DNA of 64,000 nucleotides from the NCBI GenBank assembly GCA_963716745.1, contig OY970320.1:2624001-2688000 (forward strand). Direction: 5' to 3'. This DNA is from an uncultured Gemmatimonadaceae bacterium (GTDB taxonomy: Bacteria > Gemmatimonadota > Gemmatimonadetes > Gemmatimonadales > Gemmatimonadaceae). Positions 55,856 through 64,000 of this stretch are shown in pieces; within the stretch, counting starts at the first letter, position 1; each line of letters starts with the position of its first letter. A program made the translations under genes and the position numbers. The notes beneath the pieces are model-generated. The model saw only the letters and a program-made list of their open reading frames with translations, was not told the origin of the DNA and did not search any database.

Positions 55856-56793
55856 CTTTCAATAACCGCCCACGCCAACAAAGGCACCATTATCTCATGG
55901 TGCCCCGTGATCTCGTAGCCGCGCCCGCCACCCATGGTGGGGCGCTGCACGACGTTCATGTGCGGCCGGTAGTGGCGCAGCATATCCATGTCGCAGGCCG
56001 TGAAATCCACCGGGCGGCCCTCATTCAAATTCCGCGCGATCGTGAGCGCCTTGAGGAACACTTCGGGCATGATCACCGCGCTCCCCAGGTTCAGCACCAC
56101 GCCGCCGTCGTGCAGCGACGGCAGCGACGCCGCGAGGCGGCGGAAATCGCGGTGGCTCGTGTCGCCGATCGCCGCGCCGCTCGCCGCCGGATGCTGGTGG
56201 ATGATCTCCGCGCCGATGGCCGCGTGGATGGTGCAGGGCACGCCGAGCTTGCGCGCGCCGAGCAGCAGCGACAGCTCGGGATGCGCGAGCTTCTTCTCCC
56301 CTTCGAGCCCGCGCGCGAACGACTCGCCCATCCCCCAGCTCTCCTTCATGCCGCGAATGAGCGCTTCGTTCATCGCGCGGCCGGTCTCCTCGGCCATCCC
56401 GAACGTGCCATCGCGCAGGCCGGCCGCGACGTCCTCCGACGTTCCACCGAAGCGCGCGATCTCATAGTCATGGATGGCGGCCGAACCGTTCATCGCGAGG
56501 TGCGTGATCACGCCGCGCCGCATGAGATCGAGCAGCACGGGCGCGAGACCGGTCTTCACCACGTGGCCGCCGGTCATGACCACGACGCCGCGCTTGCCCG
56601 CGGCGGCGGCAATGTCCTTCGCCACCGCGAGCAGATCGCGCGCGACGAGCGCGTCGGGCAGCGCCTTCAGGAACGCGCGGAAGGAGCGGTCGGCTCCCGG
56701 TGGCGACGCGAACTCCTCGGCGCGCACCTTGTTCGGGCGCACGGCGATGGGCACCGTGCGCACCTTCGACAGATCCGCTTCCTGGTCGGCCAT
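55843..56793 (-). CDS. Conserved protein, deoxyhypusine-synthase-like fold (inferred)
   Basis: GGHVVKTG, IHDYEIA, GSAVIMPEVFLKA, GHHEIM. Confidence 0.7.
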   Translation of the reverse strand: MADQEADLSKVRTVPIAVRPNKVRAEEFASPPGADRSFRAFLKALPDALVARDLLAVAKDIAAAAGKRGVVVMTGGHVVKTGLAPVLLDLMRRGVITHLAMNGSAAIHDYEIARFGGTSEDVAAGLRDGTFGMAEETGRAMNEALIRGMKESWGMGESFARGLEGEKKLAHPELSLLLGARKLGVPCTIHAAIGAEIIHQHPAASGAAIGDTSHRDFRRLAASLPSLHDGGVVLNLGSAVIMPEVFLKALTIARNLNEGRPVDFTACDMDMLRHYRPHMNVVQRPTMGGGRGYEITGHHEIMVPLLAWAVIERLTA

Positions 56794-57596
56794 CAGTGCT
56801 TCGTGGTGCTGTCGGCCGGCGCGGCGCCCGGCGGCGTGTACTTCTTCAGATACAGATTCAGTGAATTCAGCAGCGGCACCTTGGTCTTCACTTTCATCTG
56901 CACGAGAAGGTGCCGCGGATCGTCGGTGAGCCACATGAGCGCCTCGCCGCCATCCGCGAACAGTCCGCCGGACTTGATCACCGGCTGGATCACGATCGTC
57001 GCGAAGGTGCCGGCGTCGACCTTCACCGTATCGCGCCGCAGGACCTTCACGATCACCGGATTGCGGTCGGCGATGAAATAGCGGTTGAACTCGTACGTCC
57101 TGCCGATCTCGAGCGGAACGGTGCGCACGAAATAGAAGAACGCGCCGTCGTCGAGCGGCTCGTGGACGCTCGGCTCCTCCGGTTTCCCTTCCTGCTGGTA
57201 GATGGCGCGCTCCGGATAGAACTGGTAATCCCGAATGCGATGGTAGTTCACTTCGTTGATGTGCTGTACGAACGCGTACGACACCATCGTGTACGGATCG
57301 AAGTGACTCTCAAGCTGGTCGTTCACGTGCAGGAAGAGCAGGCCGCCCTTCACGAGGAACACGGTGTGCATGGTGCGGTGACCGCGCACCGAATCCCACC
57401 CGGTGACCTCCATCGAGCCGTTGCCCACGCCGATGCCGCCGAGGGTCACGTGGTATTCCAGCTTCTCACCCACGCCGAACGGGAGGTCGGCGACGCGCAC
57501 GCTGCCGGCGGCGAGCGAGTCCTGCGACGCGGCGGACGCGGCGGCCAGCATCGCGAGCGAGAGCAGTGCGCGGCGCGTGCCGCGCGCGTGGATCAC
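56793..57596 (-). CDS. DUF3108 domain protein
   Basis: PFGVGEKLEY, VDAGTFAT, WLTDDPRHL. Confidence 0.8.
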   Translation of the reverse strand: MIHARGTRRALLSLAMLAAASAASQDSLAAGSVRVADLPFGVGEKLEYHVTLGGIGVGNGSMEVTGWDSVRGHRTMHTVFLVKGGLLFLHVNDQLESHFDPYTMVSYAFVQHINEVNYHRIRDYQFYPERAIYQQEGKPEEPSVHEPLDDGAFFYFVRTVPLEIGRTYEFNRYFIADRNPVIVKVLRRDTVKVDAGTFATIVIQPVIKSGGLFADGGEALMWLTDDPRHLLVQMKVKTKVPLLNSLNLYLKKYTPPGAAPADSTTKH

Positions 57597-58334
57597 GAGA
57601 CCCGCGGGGCGCGATGCGCGCGCGCGAACCGGAATAACTCGAGCGCCGATCCCCACGCGCGCACGCGGGTGTCGCGCTGCCGCAGGTCGTAGCGCGGCGC
57701 GGCGAGTTGCACTGCCTCGACGCGGCGCGCGCAGCGGCGCGAAGCACGCGAGCAGCTGTGCGTTCGCGGCCCAGCCCGGTGCGGTGACGAGCGGTGCGTT
57801 GCCTGCGCGTTTGATCGCTTCCCGCGCGACCGCGACGCGCACGAGGCGCATCGTGCCGAGCGGATCGGTCACGCCGGCGGTGCGTCCGAGGGGGCGCAGC
57901 AGCCAGAGCGCGAGGCGGCGCAGCCGGAGGATGGCAGGCGGTGCGCCGGCGGGCGCAGCCGACTCGCCCACGACCAGGTCCGCGCCGCCGTCGAAGGGGC
58001 GAAAGAGCTCCGGGAGCTGCTCGGGGAGATCGGTGAGGTCGCCCTGCATGAGCACGAGCGCGTCGCGGCGCGGATAGCGCGTGCGCGCGGCGGCGGCGCG
58101 CACGAGCGCGTCGAGCGCTGCCGGATATCCCTTCCGCTCGGCATGCCGGATGACCGTGAGCGGCATCACGCGCGCGTACTGCTTGAGCGTCTCGGCGGTG
58201 GCGTCGGTGCTGCCGTCGTCGAGCACGACCACTTCGTATTCGCGCGGATCGGCCTCGAACACCTTGCGCAGGCGCCAGAGGACGATGCCGATCGTTGGCG
58301 CTTCGTCGAACGACGGGATGCAGATCGTGAGCAT
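57593..58334 (-). CDS. Glycosyltransferase family 2; frameshift near 57730
   Basis: ICIPSFDE, LDDGSTDAT; true stop at 57593 in a third frame. Confidence 0.82.
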
Positions 58335-58489
58335 GCGGTTCTCGAGTGATGCGGTGGAGCGACTGCGCGCGATCGCGCTCTCTGAAGGAAGATGGCCGGG
58401 GCCTGTCTGGAAGGCAAACATTCGTTGCTCGCTTGCCCAGCGGCGGTGCGCGACGTAGGGTGAGTGCGCCGCGCGTCGCGCGTCTTCCC

Positions 58490-60070
58490 ATGTCTGGAGA
58501 TTCCGTGGAACGTCGCTCGTTCGCCGCGTGGTGCGCCCTGGCCGCGCTCGCCTGTTCGCCGTCCGCCCCTGAGGCCGCGCCGCCGCCGGCGCCCGTCGCG
58601 GCGCGCGACCGGATCACGGCGGCCGATCTGCGCCGCGACCTCTACATCTTTGCCGACGATTCCTTCCGCGGACGCCGCGCGGGCACGGACGATGCGGTGC
58701 GCGCCGCGCGATTCCTGGCGCAGCAGGCCGCGGCGATCGGCCTCGAGCCGGCGGGCGACAGCGGCGGATACCTGCAGCGCGTGCCGCTCGTGCGCGAATA
58801 CCTCGGTCGCGGCTCGCGTGTGACCGTCACGAGCGCGTCGGGCGCCGTGAATCTTCCGGTCGGGCCGCGCCTGCTGCCGCTGCTCTCGCTGGGCCTGGAT
58901 GTGCCGGCGCCGAGGCTCGATGCCGACGGCGATCTCATCTTCGGGGGATACGGACTCGCGGGCGACCTCGCGGACCGCAGCGTGGCGGGGAAGGTGGTGG
59001 TGTTCGTGCTCGGCGCACCGCCCTCGCTCGACATGGCGGCGCGCGCCGCCGTGATGCGCGATCACCCGCTGGGCGAGCGGCTCGCGTCGCTGGTGGAGCG
59101 CGGGCCGGCGGGGATCATCGTGATCGTGCAGGGGGCGCTGGCCGAGGGGATGGCGCCGGCGGCCGCGGAGCTGAGCGACACCTCGGTGCAGCTCGGCGAC
59201 GGTGCGCCGCCACCGGTGCGGAATCTGCCGCTCGTGCTCGAGGCGGACGTGCGCGGCGCGGCCGCCTTGCTGCCACCGGGGTGGCCCGGCATGACATCGC
59301 CGCGTGGATTGGACGGGCGCCACTTGAGCGCGCACATCGATCTCGTGAGTGCGTCATTGCCCGCGTACAACGTGGTGGCGGTGCGCCGCGGCGGCGATCC
59401 GGCGCTGCGCGGCACATACGTGGCTTTCGGAGCGCACCTCGATCACATCGGGATCCAGCCCGCCGACAATGGCGACTCGATCGCGAACGGCGCCGACGAT
59501 GACGGCACGGGAAGCGTGGCGTTGCTCGCGATCGCGCGCGCGGCGGTGGCACAGCGTCCGGCGCCGCGGCGATCGATGCTCTTCGTGTGGCACACGGGTG
59601 AGGAACTCGGCTTGTTCGGTTCGGAGTGGTTCACGTCGCATCCCACCGTGCCGATCGATTCGATCGTCGCGCAGCTGAACGCCGACATGATCGGCCGCAA
59701 CGGCCGCGATTCGCTCTATCTCGTGGGACCGCGCGCGGCGCCGAACGGCCAGAGTGCGGTGCTCGGCAAGATCGTCGACTCGGTGAACGCGCAACTCAAG
59801 CGGCCCTTCACGATCGACCGCGAGTGGGATTCGCCGACGCATCCCGAACAGATCTACTACCGCAGCGATCACTACAACTACGCGAAGAATGGCGTGCCGG
59901 TAGTGTTCTTCACCACGGGGCTGCACGACGACTATCACAAGGTGAGCGACGAGGCGGGGAAGATCGAGTTCGAGAAGGTGCAGCGGGTGGCCTCGTTCAT
60001 CTACGACGTAGGGTTCTCCGTGGCGGAGCGCGCAACTCGGCCTTACACGCGGCGTCGGGCGGCTCCATAA
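58490..60070 (+). CDS. M28 family peptidase (lipoprotein)
   Basis: AHLDHIG, GADDDGTG, GEELGLFGS, RSDHY, YHKVSD. Confidence 0.93.
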   Translation: MSGDSVERRSFAAWCALAALACSPSAPEAAPPPAPVAARDRITAADLRRDLYIFADDSFRGRRAGTDDAVRAARFLAQQAAAIGLEPAGDSGGYLQRVPLVREYLGRGSRVTVTSASGAVNLPVGPRLLPLLSLGLDVPAPRLDADGDLIFGGYGLAGDLADRSVAGKVVVFVLGAPPSLDMAARAAVMRDHPLGERLASLVERGPAGIIVIVQGALAEGMAPAAAELSDTSVQLGDGAPPPVRNLPLVLEADVRGAAALLPPGWPGMTSPRGLDGRHLSAHIDLVSASLPAYNVVAVRRGGDPALRGTYVAFGAHLDHIGIQPADNGDSIANGADDDGTGSVALLAIARAAVAQRPAPRRSMLFVWHTGEELGLFGSEWFTSHPTVPIDSIVAQLNADMIGRNGRDSLYLVGPRAAPNGQSAVLGKIVDSVNAQLKRPFTIDREWDSPTHPEQIYYRSDHYNYAKNGVPVVFFTTGLHDDYHKVSDEAGKIEFEKVQRVASFIYDVGFSVAERATRPYTRRRAAP

Positions 60071-60113
60071 GAGGTCGCATTCGTCGAGGCCGCATCGTGC
60101 ACAAGCTTGTTGG

Positions 60114-60171
60114 CGTTCGGGACTCGGGACTCGACTACCCGAGCCCGAGTCCCGAGTCCCGCATCCCGAAC
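60114..60171. repeat. (GGGACTC)n heptamer hairpin
   Basis: gttcgggactcgggactcg ... cgagtcccgagtcccgcatcccgaac. Confidence 0.8.
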
Positions 60172-60275
60172 GTAACCAAGCTTAGAATGTGAGCGCGCTC
60201 ACAGAGGCTCGCACGGGCGTGGAACCGCGTTGCATCGCGCATTTCCGGTCGTCGCCCGTATAGAGGAGGAAGCGC

Positions 60276-61007
60276 ATGATCAACGGGCAGATCCGCTCCA
60301 CGCTCACCCGCGACGACGCGCAGCTCGCGCTGCGGCTCATCGCGCGCGGGTCGGCGGAATCGTTGATGGCGTGCGAGGCGCTGCTGCGCGATGGCGGCAT
60401 CGACGCGCTGCTCGACGATCCCCGGCTCGTGCCCGCAATGCTGTCGTCGCGCGCGGGAATGCATTCGTCGCTCCCGCTCTTCTTCTCCGCGGTGGTGCGC
60501 CACGCGCTCGCGCAGGCGGACGAGCACGATCGCGCGCTCGCCGATTACGTCGCCGACATCCTGATCCACTTCGCGGCGCGCGGACGCGCCGAGCGGATCG
60601 CGGAGCACGACGATCAGACATACGACACGCTCGCCGGCCTCCTCGCCGAGGTGGACTCCGCGAGCGCCGAGCGCAGCTTCCTCGCGCGGCAGCATCTGGG
60701 CAACTACGCGCTCTGGCTGAGCGGACTCTTCCCGGACCGCATCGAGACGCGGCGCTGGCGGCGGGGCGGCCCGAGCATCGACTACTACGACGAGCTCGGC
60801 CGGCGCGGCTTCGCGCTCGCCGCCGAGACGCGGGTCGCGAACGATCACGGTATCCGCTCGCTGATGGAGCACGCGGCGGAGCGGTTCGTGGTGCTGCGTG
60901 TGGCGCTCAACCGGGTGAGCGATACGTTGTTCTTTCGCGACCGCAGCTCGCCCGAGCGGCTGATGCGGCAAGTGCGCGACGAGTCGCGCTGGCGGCAGGC
61001 GAGCTAA
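60276..61007 (+). CDS. Conserved hypothetical protein
   Basis: RBS GAGGAG; protein-like ORF (HLGNYALWLSGLFPDRI). Confidence 0.75.
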   Translation: MINGQIRSTLTRDDAQLALRLIARGSAESLMACEALLRDGGIDALLDDPRLVPAMLSSRAGMHSSLPLFFSAVVRHALAQADEHDRALADYVADILIHFAARGRAERIAEHDDQTYDTLAGLLAEVDSASAERSFLARQHLGNYALWLSGLFPDRIETRRWRRGGPSIDYYDELGRRGFALAAETRVANDHGIRSLMEHAAERFVVLRVALNRVSDTLFFRDRSSPERLMRQVRDESRWRQAS

Positions 61008-61723
61008 CGCAGCTTCTGCTCCAGCATCTCTTCCACGAAGGCGCCGAACAGTCCCGCTTCCCACTTGCCGTCGAGTTCTTCGGGGTGCCACTGCACGCCG
61101 ACGGCCCACCAGTCGGGCGTGTCCCATTCGAGCCCCTCGATGATCCCGTCGGGGGCACGCGCGGCGACTCTGAGGCCTCCGCCGATGCGGTCCGGGGCCT
61201 GGTGATGGAACGAGTTCACCTGGATGGCCGAGGCCATGAGCAGGTGAGCGAGGCGCGTGCCCCCCTCGATTTCGACGGGATGCACGCGCGCCGACTGGCG
61301 GTCGCCCTCGTCGTGTGACAGCGCGCCCGGGTGCTCGCTCGGAATGTCCTGCACGAGCGTGCCTCCGAACGCGACGTTCATCAGTTGGATCCCGCGGCAG
61401 ATGGCGAGCACCGGCTTCTTGCGTCCCCGTGCCGCCTCGATGAGCGCGATCTCGGTCGCGTCGCGTGCTTCGCTCACGTGCGTCACGGTCGCGTGTCGTA
61501 CCGCGCCGTAGCGCGCTGGATCCACATCCTCGCCGCCGGTGAGCAGCAGGCCGTCGGCCGCATCGAGAATGCGGCCCGCGTCGCCGTTGTCGAGCAACGG
61601 CGGAACGAGCACCGGGATCCCGCCCGCGTGCTCTACCGCGCGCGCGTAGGCAACGCCAAGATGCACGGCGGGCGCCTTCTCATCGCCGCGCAGGGGGGCT
61701 GTGATGGCGATGATCGGAGCCAT
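61004..61723 (-). CDS. Gamma-glutamyl-gamma-aminobutyrate hydrolase family (peptidase C26)
   Basis: LLTGGEDV, ICRG, NSFHHQA, QWHPE. Confidence 0.92.
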   Translation of the reverse strand: MAPIIAITAPLRGDEKAPAVHLGVAYARAVEHAGGIPVLVPPLLDNGDAGRILDAADGLLLTGGEDVDPARYGAVRHATVTHVSEARDATEIALIEAARGRKKPVLAICRGIQLMNVAFGGTLVQDIPSEHPGALSHDEGDRQSARVHPVEIEGGTRLAHLLMASAIQVNSFHHQAPDRIGGGLRVAARAPDGIIEGLEWDTPDWWAVGVQWHPEELDGKWEAGLFGAFVEEMLEQKLR

Positions 61724-61767
61724 ATTGTATGCTACACCAATGCACCGTCATTCCGCGAGGACCCTGC

Positions 61768-61932
61768 ATGCCGACGTATGAATTCGAGTGCCGGAAGTGC
61801 GGCGAGCACTTCAGCGTGCGCGAGCACATCTCCGATCACGGCAAGTCGACAACGGCGTGCCCCAAGTGCAAGAGCAGCGATGTGGAGCGCGTGTTGAGCG
61901 AATTCTACGCGCGCACGCCGAGAAAATCGTAG
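61768..61932 (+). CDS. FmdB family zinc ribbon protein
   Basis: MPTYEFECRKC...CPKC. Confidence 0.85.
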   Translation: MPTYEFECRKCGEHFSVREHISDHGKSTTACPKCKSSDVERVLSEFYARTPRKS

Positions 61933-61936
61933 GTCG

Positions 61937-62431
61937 ATGCGCCGCGACCGTGCGCCCGGTTCGCTCGCGATGATGCGCGATGCGCTGGTGGAGGCGAGAG
62001 TCTCGGTGGGCCAGTCGCGCGAGGCGCGCGATCTCGCGGCCGCGCAACTCGCGCGCGAGCAAGCCGAACTCGAGACGGTGCGGCGCCGCGGTCAGCTCGC
62101 GACGCAGATCAACGATGCCGAGACGGTGGCGGTCGCCACGCGCTTCGAACAGAAGCACGCCGAGCGCATCGCGATGCTCGAGCGCAAGCTCGCGGCCCTG
62201 GAGACCGAGGTCGCACTCGGCGAGCGCGAGCTCGACGAGATGACGGCGCAATTCAAGGCAATGCAGGGCGGGGCCGAAGCGCCGCCCGCTCCCTCGGCCC
62301 CCGCCGCACAGGCGGGAGTGGACGAGCGAGATATGGAGCACAACGCGCTGCGTCGCGAGGCGAAGCGGAATGAGCAAGAGGCCGACGCGAACGCGCGGCT
62401 GGAGGAGATGAAGCGGAAGATGGGACTGTGA
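61937..62431 (+). CDS. PspA-like coiled-coil protein (start uncertain)
   Basis: Coiled coil ending LEEMKRKMG. Confidence 0.65.
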   Translation: MRRDRAPGSLAMMRDALVEARVSVGQSREARDLAAAQLAREQAELETVRRRGQLATQINDAETVAVATRFEQKHAERIAMLERKLAALETEVALGERELDEMTAQFKAMQGGAEAPPAPSAPAAQAGVDERDMEHNALRREAKRNEQEADANARLEEMKRKMGL

Positions 62432-62438
62432 GTCTAAC

Positions 62439-62492
62439 GGCGGACTGTCGGCTGTCGGCTGTGGCAGGCGACAGCCGACAGCCAACAGCCTG
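62439..62492. repeat. (CGGCTGT)n/(ACAGCCG)n heptamer hairpin between convergent genes
   Basis: ctgtcggctgtcggctgt ... acagccgacagccaacagcc. Confidence 0.8.
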
Positions 62493-62495
62493 CAG

Positions 62496-64000
62496 TTAGG
62501 CTTTTACCGATGCCGTCAGCCTATTGAGCAGCGGCACACACAGCAGCATCAGTCCCGATGCGCCGAAGCCGATCACGACGAAGATCATCCAGAAGCCGCC
62601 GTTCGTGGCGCTCAAGTGCTGAATGAAGCCGCCGAAGCCGGTCTCGGCGGCCTGCGCCGCCTCGCCGGGCGAGGGGATGTAGCCGGCGAACCAACCGGCG
62701 GCCTTGTTCGCCGCGGCGTTCGCGAGGAACCACACGCCCATGAGCAGCGACGCGAACTTGAGCGGCGCGACCTTCGTCACGTACGAGAGGCCGACCGGAC
62801 TCAGGCAGAGTTCGCCCCACGTGTGGAGCACGTACGCACACGTGAGCCAGAGCGGGCTCACGAGGATGCCGGCGTCGGCGCGGCGTCCGCCGGCGACCAT
62901 GAACAGGAAGCCGAGGCCGAGCAGGGAGAGCCCGATCACCATCTTCATTGGCGTGCTCGGCTCCCAGCCACGTTTCGAGAGCTTCACCCAGAGCCAGGCG
63001 AACACGGGCGCGAAGATCACGATGGAGGCGGCGTTCACGTTCTGCATCCACGCGGGCGCGATGCGGAAGCCCCACAAGTTCAGATCGGTGCTGCGGGCGG
63101 CGAACAGATTCATGGAGCTGCCGGCCTGCTCGTACGCGGCCCAGAACGCCGTCATGAAGAATGCGACAATGAACAGGGCGAACACGCGCTTGCGATCCTC
63201 GCCATGGGTGCCGAGCACGGTGATCCCGAGCGTCGCGCCGATGATCGTGCCGAACGCGAGCGGAATAAGATCGTCGATCTTGATCGGCCAGGAAACGCTC
63301 GCGAGGAACCACGACAGCGCGCCGCCAACGAGCGCGCCGCCAAGGCCGTGCACGAGCGTCGAGCTGTCCGCGCTCTTCGCGGCGTCGGCCAGCGAACCGG
63401 CGGCGCCGGCGAGCGCGGACTTCGCGCGCATCGCGGCCGTGCCAAGACCGATCCCCGGCAGATACTTGTCGCGTCCCCAGACATACACGATGAGTCCCGC
63501 GACCATGCCGAATCCGGCGGCGGCGAATCCGATATGCCAGCCGCCATTGCCCCAGCGCACGGGATCGCCGAAGTAGCCGCAGACTGTTTGGCCGAACACG
63601 GCGCCGAGGTTGATGCCCGATATAGAAGAGCGTGAATCCCGCGTCGCGCCGCTCGTCGCCGGTCTTGTAGATCTGGCCCACCATCGTCGACACGTTCGGC
63701 TTGAAGAATCCGGTGCCGATGATGACGAGGCCCAGCCCGAGGTAGAACATGTTCATGCTCGAGAACGCGAGGCAGAAATGTCCCGTGGCGATGATCAGGC
63801 CGCCGATCACGAGCGAGCGTCGCGTGCCGATCCAGCGATCGGCGAGATAGCCGCCGATGAGCGGCGTGAGGTACACGAGCGCCGTGTAATTCCCGTAGAG
63901 CCGCGTCGCGTCTTTGGTGTTCCAGTTGAGCGCCTCGGTGAGGAAGAGCACGAGGATCGCGCGCATCCCGTAGTACGAGAAGCGCTCCCACATCTCGGTG
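62496..64000 (-). CDS. POT family peptide:H+ MFS transporter (5' truncated; frameshift near 63615)
   Basis: EMWERFSYYGMR, GTGFFKPN, GELCLSPVGLS. Confidence 0.95.

Noticed and set aside
56793..58421. Glycosyltransferase-DUF3108 fusion
   Set aside because: Frameshift artefact. GT2 ends at 57593 in a third frame, overlapping the DUF3108 GTG.

Overview
High-GC chromosomal segment, most likely from a Gemmatimonadota genome (inferred from the SusC/SusD pair, Agl/Glt-like genes and gene order). Many genes, including essential ones (dnaE, metG, lpdA), are broken by single-base indels, which looks like uncorrected long-read error. Gene calls below are therefore joined across frameshifts. Contents in order: a myxobacterial Agl/Glt-like motor cluster; TPM/NTase/LemA genes; SusC/SusD; exported MsrA and MsrB interrupted by a repeat-flanked four-helix-bundle gene; a heme oxygenase; metG, ricT, accA, dnaE; peptidases and a helicase; a complete ccmA-H operon; the lipA-pdh-lpdA-lipB operon; and assorted enzymes. 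The strongest candidate for an undescribed system is at 40968-47364, directly downstream of ccm. It encodes a 9-heme lipoprotein, a membrane-anchored NapC/CymA-like ~20-heme cytochrome, a beta-barrel and a 16-heme periplasmic cytochrome (about 45 heme motifs), consistent with a quinol-to-surface extracellular electron transfer conduit. Second is a family of 7/21-nt-periodic inverted-repeat elements that occurs both empty and wrapped around a four-helix-bundle gene.
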